In this document: piece by piece, positions 35,153 to 43,785 of the stretch
How positions within the stretch are numbered: position 1 is the first letter of the stretch
Layout: each line of letters begins with the position of its first letter
Source of the DNA: an uncultured virus (IMG/VR IMGVR_UViG_3300020183_004466)
Lineage: Duplodnaviria > Heunggongvirae > Uroviricota > Caudoviricetes
IMG/VR virus record: IMGVR_UViG_3300020183_004466
DNA length: 64,000 nucleotides
Strand: one strand, 5' to 3'
The notes under the pieces: model-generated
Database searches by the model: none
Told to the model about the DNA's origin: nothing
The model's input: the letters and a program-made list of their open reading frames with translations, nothing else
Position numbers and translations under genes: made by a program

Positions 35153-35355
35153 TTAGTATTTCTTATTATATAGACAGCATTTATTAAAACTATAGATGCG
35201 TTAATAAAGATAACTGGATAATCACCTTTAGAAATAGAATAATAAATGAATATGGAAGCACCAATAGAGTTTAATACCCTTAGCTTTATCTGATCTTTAA
35301 GCATGAAAGAAATAAGTATAAAAGCGGATCCTATATAAGCAATTATATCCAGCAT
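35119..35355 (-). CDS. small membrane protein (YgjV-like)
   Basis: three hydrophobic segments; KLRVLNSIG, PVIFIN. Confidence 0.7.
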   Translation of the reverse strand: MLDIIAYIGSAFILISFMLKDQIKLRVLNSIGASIFIYYSISKGDYPVIFINASIVLINAVYIIRNTKWKKDIKNVVH

Positions 35356-35356
35356 A

Positions 35357-35587
35357 TTAGTTTAAAATTTTTATTGTATCTATATAACTTTCACTTGTTA
35401 TTATAGATTTACCTCCGCAATCTCTTATATCTACAAATCCAGAATTGTAAGAATTTATTGTTCTAGCCATAATATTTTTATGGTCTTTAAAAACCACTAG
35501 ATATTGACACTCGCCTTTTTTGGTCATCTTAATTAAAGCAAACGTAAAAACCAAAAATAAAAATAATAGCAATATACGATTTTTCAT
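35357..35587 (-). CDS. hypothetical protein with N-terminal TM/signal
   Basis: MKNRILLLFLFLVFTFAL. Confidence 0.65.
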   Translation of the reverse strand: MKNRILLLFLFLVFTFALIKMTKKGECQYLVVFKDHKNIMARTINSYNSGFVDIRDCGGKSIITSESYIDTIKILN

Positions 35588-35596
35588 TTATGGGTT

Positions 35597-36298
35597 TTAT
35601 TTATATTTTTTCCTGAACAACTCTATAATATCCCAAGCGTCATCTAATGATTCGTGGGAAACGAAATCATCCAAGCCTGCTCTTTTCTTACATGTACTGA
35701 GATCCGGAGCAGTTTCATCAGTTTCCCAATCTATATAGAGTGCGCTAGGATCTAGAACCCTTTGTCTAAAATATATAAATTCATAAATCTTATCAATATT
35801 ATCTATGAATTTCTTATCAAAGCTAGAGAAGTTTTTACCTGCAGCGTTACATCCTATCTTCTTGTTTCCGTTTGATTCTTTTATCTCTCTTATTTTACAC
35901 ATAAGAGATGAATTCTTTCTATTTCCCCAATTTTCAGATTCAAGTATCTCTTTAAATTCTTCTTTTCCCTCATGGTGAACCAGTAGCCATAGATAAATGT
36001 AAAATGGTATCTCGTTTTCGTACATAAACACACCATCAACTATTTTTCTCTGAATCATTTTTTCCGATTCATCCCTGGTATTAAGGTATTTAGAGATCCT
36101 TTCTATTATTTCGGAGTTCATATTTATTGCAAAATGACTCCCAGTGATGTCATCACTAAGAACGTAGATATTAAACTTCGGTATTTCCTCGTAATCTAAA
36201 ATTTTTGAGGTGTCTTCTAATATACCAGAAAATGTTAATATCTGATGTTTTTCTGGGTTAAGTCCCGTTGTCTCTAAATCGATTGATACGTATTTCAT
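35597..36298 (-). CDS. DEDDh 3'-5' exonuclease
   Basis: SIDLETTGL, GKNFSSFD, HESLDDA. Confidence 0.9.
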   Translation of the reverse strand: MKYVSIDLETTGLNPEKHQILTFSGILEDTSKILDYEEIPKFNIYVLSDDITGSHFAINMNSEIIERISKYLNTRDESEKMIQRKIVDGVFMYENEIPFYIYLWLLVHHEGKEEFKEILESENWGNRKNSSLMCKIREIKESNGNKKIGCNAAGKNFSSFDKKFIDNIDKIYEFIYFRQRVLDPSALYIDWETDETAPDLSTCKKRAGLDDFVSHESLDDAWDIIELFRKKYK

Positions 36299-36822
36299 TT
36301 ATTTTTTGGATTAAAATTGTAAACTTTTTCTGCATATCCATTAACACAGGGTCTACCGGTATTGTAGCAACCGAAAACTAATTTCCAGTCTCCGTACCTG
36401 TCGTACAATCTTCTAAGGACTCTCATTGAGGTTTCAACATTTAAATCTATATCAGAAACTAATTGATTCCTTGGTATATTCTTATCCCACACAGAATTTG
36501 CCGTACTTGGCATTATCTGCATTGGACCAAGAGCACCAGCTGAAGATTTTTGCTCCGGGTTATATGACCAATGAAAAGGTCCTTGATATCTTGTTTCTGC
36601 ATAAGCTACACCTAGAGCATATTTAAGAGGAATATCATATTTTTTAGAATAAATCTCGATAGAATTAAACATTTTAACGGCTGTAGGAGCGTTTAAATCA
36701 ACGCTCCCATAGTTTACCTTATAAATGATATTCTTTTCGTTCTCCGGCTCTAAATATAACCTTATTGGAACGGTTAGAATCCCTATCAATCCTATCTTTA
36801 AAGCTAAAGAGTAGGTTTTCAT
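36295..36822 (-). CDS. SLT lytic transglycosylase with N-terminal hydrophobic anchor
   Basis: AET, SSAGALGPMQIMPSTA, N....M..L, YNTG. Confidence 0.9.
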   Translation of the reverse strand: MKTYSLALKIGLIGILTVPIRLYLEPENEKNIIYKVNYGSVDLNAPTAVKMFNSIEIYSKKYDIPLKYALGVAYAETRYQGPFHWSYNPEQKSSAGALGPMQIMPSTANSVWDKNIPRNQLVSDIDLNVETSMRVLRRLYDRYGDWKLVFGCYNTGRPCVNGYAEKVYNFNPKNK

Positions 36823-37148
36823 TGATTCTGATATTTCGTTTGGATACTATTTGCATAGAGATTAAAGATACATCGCCCTACAGAGTCTTGGTATATCTCA
36901 TAACTCCCATCAGTACGATCAATTATCATTAGCTCATTTCTCTCGTTTATAGCAACAGATACTTTGTCGATTTTTTTAGTGATCTTAGGAACCGAGGCTC
37001 CCTCATTTTTTTCGTTTCCTGATCCTTTAACCCTATGGTAAAGATCGGATGAAATGTATCCGATAGCAAAAACGATAAGGAATAAAAATACCTTACTGGT
37101 AGTTAGTGCATACTTCGTAAGATTTTCTTTGATTTCTTTTTTTTCCAT
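36819..37148 (-). CDS. single-TM hypothetical protein coupled to SLT
   Basis: VFLFLIVFAIGYI; ATGA overlap; early promoter 37172-37208. Confidence 0.7.
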   Translation of the reverse strand: MEKKEIKENLTKYALTTSKVFLFLIVFAIGYISSDLYHRVKGSGNEKNEGASVPKITKKIDKVSVAINERNELMIIDRTDGSYEIYQDSVGRCIFNLYANSIQTKYQNQ

Positions 37149-37171
37149 TTTTTTTAATTTTATAGTTTACC

Positions 37172-37208
37172 CAAAGATAGAAAAAATGAGCCCTAGAAAA
37201 AAACGATT
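37172..37208 (-). promoter_or_regulatory. early promoter
   Basis: AATCGTTTTTTT...CTATCTTTG. Confidence 0.7.
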
Positions 37209-37216
37209 TCTAAAAA

Positions 37217-37474
37217 TTACTGAATTATATCGGAATGACAAGTTGATTTAAGCTCTTCTGGAATACCTTTAGCAGCGTCAAAAAAGAATTTAGGAACCTT
37301 ACCACACTTCTTACAAGTTATTACCTCCGCTGGTATAAGTTCTTCTTTTCCTGACGGGCTCATTAAAGGAGAAAGTCTCTTGAATAACATAGACGATTCC
37401 CATAACATGTTCCCCCCTTCGCATTTAATCCAAGGCGTAGAACTAATATCTACTTTTAAAGTTTTATCTTCCAT
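37217..37474 (-). CDS. small putative Zn-ribbon protein
   Basis: KCEGGN...SPLMSPSG...CKKCG. Confidence 0.7.
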   Translation of the reverse strand: MEDKTLKVDISSTPWIKCEGGNMLWESSMLFKRLSPLMSPSGKEELIPAEVITCKKCGKVPKFFFDAAKGIPEELKSTCHSDIIQ

Positions 37475-37481
37475 TATATTT

Positions 37482-37844
37482 TTATTTAAATATTAGTGAT
37501 TTATATCTTTCCGCTAAAATATCCCATTTGATCATAAACAAATCACGATATATTTCAATAGAATCTTCGTGAATGTCTAAATTTTTATCATTCATTACTA
37601 GATTTATACACTTTATAATATCTCTCGTAAATTCTTCGGATTCGTTTTTAAGACAATCAAATAAAATATCTCTAGAATCGTCGCTTTCGAAACAAAAGTA
37701 AGCCTTAAAAAAATCATTAGACTCGTTATCTTGAAGTATATGTGCATCTGGTTTAGACATCCACATATCAAATTCTTTAAAATCCCTAGTTTTGGAATGT
37801 TCTTTTATTCTATCCCAAGTATAATACCTCTTGTGAAACGACAT
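37482..37844 (-). CDS. hypothetical protein
   Basis: MSFHKRY start; GAAACTT-N15-ATATAA upstream. Confidence 0.75.
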   Translation of the reverse strand: MSFHKRYYTWDRIKEHSKTRDFKEFDMWMSKPDAHILQDNESNDFFKAYFCFESDDSRDILFDCLKNESEEFTRDIIKCINLVMNDKNLDIHEDSIEIYRDLFMIKWDILAERYKSLIFK

Positions 37845-37892
37845 AATTTTATATTATGTCTTTTATATACGATGATATTAATTAAGTTTCGA

Positions 37893-38903
37893 TTAGAATA
37901 GACCGAACCTATCTAACATAGATGCTCCCTTCTTAACATCAGTGTCTAAAACAGAATTAGGGTCAGGCATTCTTGTTGATATTAATGGCTCTGAGGATGC
38001 TAAAGAAGAAAGTGCAGAACTATAAGAATCAAGATCCCCAGATACATACAATTTACAAAGCTTATTAGCTTCTTTTGTTGATATTTTAAATTTATAAATC
38101 AGAATATCCTTCATAAGATATCCTATTAAATAGCTAAGCTTAAGATTTAAATCATCCTCAGTATACATAGGACCGGATATCTCAATATTAGAAGTAAGTA
38201 CAGGTGTTTTGTCCCCAAGATCCCTTCTGATATAACCATTAGGCTGTATTATCAATCCATAATTAAGGTCTCTAATAGAAAATCTTAAAATTCCTTTTTT
38301 CTTCCTAGCTTCACTTGTATCTATATAAGCTCCAAGCTTGTCTAAGATTTTAATTAAAGGATTATTATTTAGATCCACGTCTGTAAAAGGATTCAGAACA
38401 GGTAAATCTTCCTTTACAACATCTCTTAAAGAACTAAAAATGCTATAGATTATTGATTTTAGATTTTCATCAATACCTCTGTTGTTAAAATCCCACCTTT
38501 CCCCGTTTTGCATTACTCTATAATCAACACCCTCGACGGGAGTATAAGTCCCTTCCTCTATTTCTATTCTTTTCTTTATGTCTTGGTGATATCTTCCTAT
38601 AGGATATTTCAATCCTAGATTTCTATAAAAATCTTCAACTAATTTAAGATCCTTAAGATTGTTGGTATTTGGTACAACTTTGTCACCTATATAATTAACA
38701 AAAGGGAATAGTATCTTGTTGCCGTTTATATTAAAATAGATGTTATCTCCTTCTAAAGATATAGAAAAATTTCTAAGACCTATAACTTTAGATAATATAT
38801 TCTTCTTAGCTCTCTCTATAAAAAAATCCTTAACCGATTTAGGTAGTTCATTAAATTCTGAATAGCTCTCGTTTATAAACTGAGAGAAGTTCATTATTTT
38901 CAT
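37893..38903 (-). CDS. hypothetical protein with CTS-like N-terminus and KGASMLDRFGLF tag
   Basis: MKIMNFSQFINES; C-terminal tag. Confidence 0.8.
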   Translation of the reverse strand: MKIMNFSQFINESYSEFNELPKSVKDFFIERAKKNILSKVIGLRNFSISLEGDNIYFNINGNKILFPFVNYIGDKVVPNTNNLKDLKLVEDFYRNLGLKYPIGRYHQDIKKRIEIEEGTYTPVEGVDYRVMQNGERWDFNNRGIDENLKSIIYSIFSSLRDVVKEDLPVLNPFTDVDLNNNPLIKILDKLGAYIDTSEARKKKGILRFSIRDLNYGLIIQPNGYIRRDLGDKTPVLTSNIEISGPMYTEDDLNLKLSYLIGYLMKDILIYKFKISTKEANKLCKLYVSGDLDSYSSALSSLASSEPLISTRMPDPNSVLDTDVKKGASMLDRFGLF

Positions 38904-38957
38904 ATAGATACAATATTATTTGGTAAAGATAGAAAAATATTCACAATGAAAAAAATG

Positions 38958-39398
38958 TTACTTAAGAGTTAATAGATATTTAAGCTTAGAAACTGCTGCT
39001 ATTAATTCATCTACCATATTTTGTAAGTCAGATTCTTTCAGTTCATTTCTAAGAGAATTTAAGCACTCTAGCATAGAATTTAACCAAGAATCACATTCAA
39101 CATCTTTAAAGCTTATAAACTCGCATGAGTTACCAAAATCTATTCTTCCGTGATATCCTTGGTATGATTCAACTAAAGAATCTAATCCTTCATCGATACT
39201 CCCATAAGTATCACCGAATGCGTTGTGCTGAGCATATGATTCCGTACCCCAGTGCATTATTTTAAGCTGTGCTTGGAATAGAAGAAGATTTATAAAATGT
39301 TCATCCACTGATGATCCCAATGATTTTGTTTTTCTTGTAATAATATCTAAATCCATTTCTAATTCTGTTCCTTTGTCTTTAAATTCGTCGAATGTCAT
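38958..39398 (-). CDS. ferritin/Dps-like four-helix protein (DUF5856-like)
   Basis: HWGT.SYAQH.AF..TY....D.LVESYQG..GR; DLQN..DE....KLKYLLTLK. Confidence 0.8.
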   Translation of the reverse strand: MTFDEFKDKGTELEMDLDIITRKTKSLGSSVDEHFINLLLFQAQLKIMHWGTESYAQHNAFGDTYGSIDEGLDSLVESYQGYHGRIDFGNSCEFISFKDVECDSWLNSMLECLNSLRNELKESDLQNMVDELIAAVSKLKYLLTLK

Positions 39399-39411
39399 TT
39401 TTTAATTTATT

Positions 39412-40278
39412 TTAAAATCCTAGATCCCCCAGATCTGCTGCAGTGTCTATATTAGGTAAAAGCTCTTTTACTCTATTATATATCCCCACGTTAGATTTTC
39501 TTAACTCGTCTGCTGCTTTAAATGAATCCTCAGATTCTCTAAAATATAAAACAACATAATTTGCCATTCTTTCTGGTAAAGGAATATTCTTAAAATACTC
39601 CATATCATATATAGCAAATATCTTTAGAAAATTAAATATTCTATTACCTAAATCAGTTGAAAATTCTATTCCTTTATAGAGATCTGAAGCCATTTTAAAG
39701 CTTTTGTCTAACTCGTTAATAACAGTTTGATCCACCATTAAGGAATTGTAGTAATTCTCCTTCGTGTACTTTTTTAAATAGTCAAGATATTTTAATTTTT
39801 GAATATTGCTAATATTAGAAGGTAAGAATATTTCGTTTATTACATTTTTTATTGATTCCTGTACAGCAGAAGCAATAGCATCTTTAACTTCCATTGTCAC
39901 TGCAGAATTTACAGGAGGTATTCTTTTTATCTTTTCAACTAAAAAATTATTAATAAACCAATTTACACTCTTTACACCTAAAGAAGAATCAATAGCTATC
40001 TCTTTATCGAAATCAAAACTAGTTAAATATCCTTGTGGATATGGTGTTGTTTTATCCGTTTCTATAGATGATAAAACTGATTCAGGAACATCCAGACTTA
40101 AAATAGAATTAAGATAAGCCTTATAAGCTGCCCATCTAGGAAAATCCCTTTCCTCGTTACATTTCGCCATTCCTTTTAATGCAAATTCCAGATGATTCTT
40201 ATAATCTTTATTTAAGAACAATTCTTTGTAATTAAATCCAGCGCTTTCGAAAAGATTAAATCCTACTAAATTTTTCAT
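39412..40278 (-). CDS. hypothetical protein with CTS-like N-terminus
   Basis: MKNLVGFNLFES; ends TAADLGDLGF. Confidence 0.75.
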   Translation of the reverse strand: MKNLVGFNLFESAGFNYKELFLNKDYKNHLEFALKGMAKCNEERDFPRWAAYKAYLNSILSLDVPESVLSSIETDKTTPYPQGYLTSFDFDKEIAIDSSLGVKSVNWFINNFLVEKIKRIPPVNSAVTMEVKDAIASAVQESIKNVINEIFLPSNISNIQKLKYLDYLKKYTKENYYNSLMVDQTVINELDKSFKMASDLYKGIEFSTDLGNRIFNFLKIFAIYDMEYFKNIPLPERMANYVVLYFRESEDSFKAADELRKSNVGIYNRVKELLPNIDTAADLGDLGF

Positions 40279-40279
40279 A

Positions 40280-41218
40280 CTATCTTTTAACTTTTATAGA
40301 TCCCACAGGGGCAAAAAGTATCTTACCGAAAGATGGTGGATTATACATTTCAGGAGAACATATAAACCAAAGCACCTTCTTTCTGTATTTATTTATACCG
40401 TATTTACTAGGATCTGGCATTTCTCCTCCGGTATCTGTTAAATAAATAAATGCGGATGGCTTTATCTTATTTTTTTCTACCCACTGGAATGGCGGTATAA
40501 ATCCCTCTTGATTTCCTCCGGTTGAAGCTATCTTTGTTAGATCTGGAGATCCTCCTTTTTTAACTATATCAACATTGTCTATATGATCACTGCAGTATAT
40601 TATTATAGTTTTATCAGCATCAAATGTTTTTGTGAGATACATTATTTCGTTGATAAATACCTTTATCTGTTCTTTTGAAATAGATGACGATGTATCAACC
40701 GCAGCAACTATAGTTTTTAAAGTGTCATCGCCTACGTTTCTTCTTCCGTATATCATGTCGCCTCCAGCAAGGAATCTTTTATTAGGAAGAACCCATTCAT
40801 CAGATTTAAAAGTGTTATCAAAGAATTTTTTAAGCTCTTTCTTCCAATCAACTAAAGGCTCGCTGGTTTTTAAAGCTTTTATTAGTCTTTTAGCTTTGTC
40901 ACTAACTTTATTTCTAGACATAGCCTGATTAGCTATATCCTGCCAATTTCTTTTTGGGAGATCACCCTTAAATATTTTAGATGGCTTATTAGGTTTTATC
41001 TCTTTAGCTTTTTCCTTGGAATCTTGTGGTCCCTCAAAATCTCTGAATTTTTTTATTCCTGGAGTTTCTTCGCCAACCTTAGGTATGTCAGTCATTACCT
41101 CAGGAGAATCGGAAAATTCATGCTCTCCCCCAGAAGATTTTCCTTGATCTCCTGGTTTGCCATTTTCTTTATTCTTATCGTCAGATACTACTGAATAATC
41201 TCCGTTTTTTATAAACAT
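40280..41218 (-). CDS. VWA-like (DUF2201 C-terminal) protein
   Basis: VDW...L, PNKRF, AVDTSSSI MIDAS-like motif, TGG, YLTDTGG. Confidence 0.8.
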   Translation of the reverse strand: MFIKNGDYSVVSDDKNKENGKPGDQGKSSGGEHEFSDSPEVMTDIPKVGEETPGIKKFRDFEGPQDSKEKAKEIKPNKPSKIFKGDLPKRNWQDIANQAMSRNKVSDKAKRLIKALKTSEPLVDWKKELKKFFDNTFKSDEWVLPNKRFLAGGDMIYGRRNVGDDTLKTIVAAVDTSSSISKEQIKVFINEIMYLTKTFDADKTIIIYCSDHIDNVDIVKKGGSPDLTKIASTGGNQEGFIPPFQWVEKNKIKPSAFIYLTDTGGEMPDPSKYGINKYRKKVLWFICSPEMYNPPSFGKILFAPVGSIKVKR

Positions 41219-41220
41219 AA

Positions 41221-42261
41221 TTAAGAAATTTCTATATCTCCGTTAGGATAAACCTTAGTTATAGTTCCTTCCCTTCCGTCTTTTGTTATTACCTTCTGGC
41301 CAACCCTTGGAAGACTCTTTTTATCTCCACCCGGTTGATCTCCTGGTTGGTCTCCTGGTTGGTCTCCTGGTTGGTCTCCTGGTTGGTCTCCTGGTTGGTC
41401 TCCTGGTTGGTCTCCTGGTTGATCTCCTGGTTGGTCTCCTGGTTGGTCTCCTGGTTGGTCTCCTGGTTGGTCTCCTGACTCATCCCCTGGTTCATCCCCT
41501 GGTTCATCCCCTGGTTGGTCTCCTGGTTCATCCCCTGGTTCTCCATCTTCTCCTGGTTCTCCATCTTCTCCTGGTTCTCCATCCTCTCCTGGTTCTCCAT
41601 CTTCACCCGGTTCATCTCCTTTTTGTATCACCATTTCTTCGTCAGGGTCTGCTAATTCTTTATCCTCATCTTCAACTTTACCTGTAGTCTCTACAGTTTT
41701 TTGTACTTTAGAGTTATTAATCAACTTTTGTAGTTCTCCGGATTCTTCTAGTGCATCATATATGTCTTCTGCCCTCATCCCTTCAAATCTTGGATCGTAT
41801 AATCCTTCCCTGTTACCATTCTCGTCTACAGGAAATTCAAATCCCGCTTCATCTTTAAGTAATGGATTTATTGCATAGTCGCATGCTATGTTCCATCCCA
41901 TAGGATCTCTGCTTCCTCTTCTGTTCATATGATCTCCTATACAATGTAGTATCTCGTGACATAGAACAAGTCTTAAAGCTGCCTCTGATTGTCTCATAAC
42001 AAATTCAGGATGGAATATTATATCCCTTCCATTTGTACACATAGTTTTAGGATCGAGATCACTAGATCCGAATATGTTTACGTGGCTAAGAAGTTCCGCA
42101 TAAAATCCCTGGTTTATATTTAACCAAAGTATAACCCTTCTTATTTTTTTGTTGACCTCATCTGGATCATATAATGATGATTCATTTATGAATCTAACAT
42201 AATTAGAGAAAGATGTTATTACTTTCCCTGTTTTGTATTTACTCTCGTTTATCTTTCTCAT
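41221..42261 (-). CDS. DUF2201 N-terminal metallopeptidase-like protein with acidic tandem repeats
   Basis: TMCTNG, HEILH, WNIACDYAIN, AEDIYD. Confidence 0.85.
   Translation of the reverse strand: MRKINESKYKTGKVITSFSNYVRFINESSLYDPDEVNKKIRRVILWLNINQGFYAELLSHVNIFGSSDLDPKTMCTNGRDIIFHPEFVMRQSEAALRLVLCHEILHCIGDHMNRRGSRDPMGWNIACDYAINPLLKDEAGFEFPVDENGNREGLYDPRFEGMRAEDIYDALEESGELQKLINNSKVQKTVETTGKVEDEDKELADPDEEMVIQKGDEPGEDGEPGEDGEPGEDGEPGEDGEPGDEPGDQPGDEPGDEPGDESGDQPGDQPGDQPGDQPGDQPGDQPGDQPGDQPGDQPGDQPGDQPGDQPGGDKKSLPRVGQKVITKDGREGTITKVYPNGDIEIS
41332..41620. repeat. coding tandem repeats (18-bp GEDGEP, 12-bp PGDE/PGDQ)
   Basis: direct reading of (TCTCCTGGTTGG)n and (TCTCCTGGTTCTCCATCT)n. Confidence 0.95.
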
Positions 42262-43751
42262 CCTTGGAGACCTTTATCTTTAGCACCTTTTGTGATCATT
42301 AAAGCTGCTTTGTGTTTTAATTCATCTTCGGGTGTACTAGAGGACCCTCCGAATTTGAATTCTGGGTATTTAGATAAGATATCTTTATATAGCCAGCTTA
42401 GTGGTTCCAGCTCGTTGTATCTATTGAAATACTCCATAACATTATAGAATTTCTGTGTGTCATAAGATTTAACTCTCTTCATCACCATTTCTATAAGTCC
42501 ATAAAGTACGCTCTTTGTAGATTGTGCCTCTGGTACCATTCTAGCAGACATCGGACTGTTAATCATATCTTCCATATCTGAATCTGTAACTTTTCTTAAA
42601 ATGTCTAAGTAAGCTACAAATTTACCAGCTGCTTCTGGCCCAACCTGATCATAGAATATGTCCAATATATCTTGTCTAGAAATATCTCTCCATGAATCCG
42701 CTCCCTTGTATTGTATCTCATCGTGAAGTATTAATGATCCATCGGTCCAAGATCTAGGTGTAGGATAGTTTAGAGATTTTTTATCTGCATCTAGATTATG
42801 GAAATAATCTGGATTAAAGGTTAAGAAAGTAACCAGCTCAGGAAGTATTTTTTCGTTTCTATCTGCCCAAGAAGCATATCCTTCGATTGTAGGAACATAG
42901 TTTTTAATAGTGAATCGGTCTGCTAATGCAAAGTCAAAATCAGCAACACCCTCCGCTTCTTCCGGTCTGTTACCAGCTGCTACAATTACCCATCTATCTG
43001 GTAATTTATAAGGACCTATTTCTCCCTTCTGTACAAATTGCATGATTGAGTTAAGAACTGCTTTATTAGCTCTGTTCATTTCGTCCATAAATATTATACC
43101 TCCTCTATCACCAGGACCATTGTCAGTAGGAAGTAATATAGGGGGATTAGATCTTGTAAATCCCTTACCTGCACTAACTAATTTTCCACCCTCAACTTGA
43201 ACCGGCTCTACGTCATGTCTACTAGGAATACCTAAGAAGTCCTCAGGGTTCATGAATTGTAAATCAAGCTTCATTACAGGTACACCTAATTCGTCAGCCG
43301 CTTGACCAACTATTTCAGTTTTACCAATACCAGGAGCTCCATAAATAAAGATAGGCTTAGCTCTGCCACCCCTTTCCTTACTCTTGTATAATCTTATTAC
43401 GTCTTGCTTTAATTGATCAGCGGAGATGTTTCTTACACTCTGATCCTCTCCAGTATATTCCAAAGGTATTCTTGCTTCCTTTATAGGATTAACCCCTCTT
43501 TCGAATTCAGTCATCTGTTTAAAGATTGATCCATTCTCAGGCAAGAAAAGCATAACAGTAGGAAGCCCCTTTTTAGGTCCATATGGTATAGGAGCTATTA
43601 ACCCGTCAATTATGCTCTTTAAAAATTTTCCGGTCCATCCGAAAAATCTTTTTGCATAATCTTTAATAGTTGAAAGGAATCCTTCATCTATTCTTGAAGG
43701 GCTATATGATTCATTAATAAAATCGCTAAAGTTCTTTATTCTTTTTGGCAT
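42258..43751 (-). CDS. MoxR-type AAA+ ATPase
   Basis: GAPGIGKT, IFMDEMNRA, VAAGNR, ALADRF, PTPRSW. Confidence 0.9.
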   Translation of the reverse strand: MPKRIKNFSDFINESYSPSRIDEGFLSTIKDYAKRFFGWTGKFLKSIIDGLIAPIPYGPKKGLPTVMLFLPENGSIFKQMTEFERGVNPIKEARIPLEYTGEDQSVRNISADQLKQDVIRLYKSKERGGRAKPIFIYGAPGIGKTEIVGQAADELGVPVMKLDLQFMNPEDFLGIPSRHDVEPVQVEGGKLVSAGKGFTRSNPPILLPTDNGPGDRGGIIFMDEMNRANKAVLNSIMQFVQKGEIGPYKLPDRWVIVAAGNRPEEAEGVADFDFALADRFTIKNYVPTIEGYASWADRNEKILPELVTFLTFNPDYFHNLDADKKSLNYPTPRSWTDGSLILHDEIQYKGADSWRDISRQDILDIFYDQVGPEAAGKFVAYLDILRKVTDSDMEDMINSPMSARMVPEAQSTKSVLYGLIEMVMKRVKSYDTQKFYNVMEYFNRYNELEPLSWLYKDILSKYPEFKFGGSSSTPEDELKHKAALMITKGAKDKGLQG

Positions 43752-43785
43752 CTTTGATTTTTTTAGATACCTTATATATCTAAAT

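Noticed and set aside
41283..41687. ORFs encoding (LLVG)n and (NQET)n
   Set aside because: Shadow frames of the PGDQ tandem repeat.
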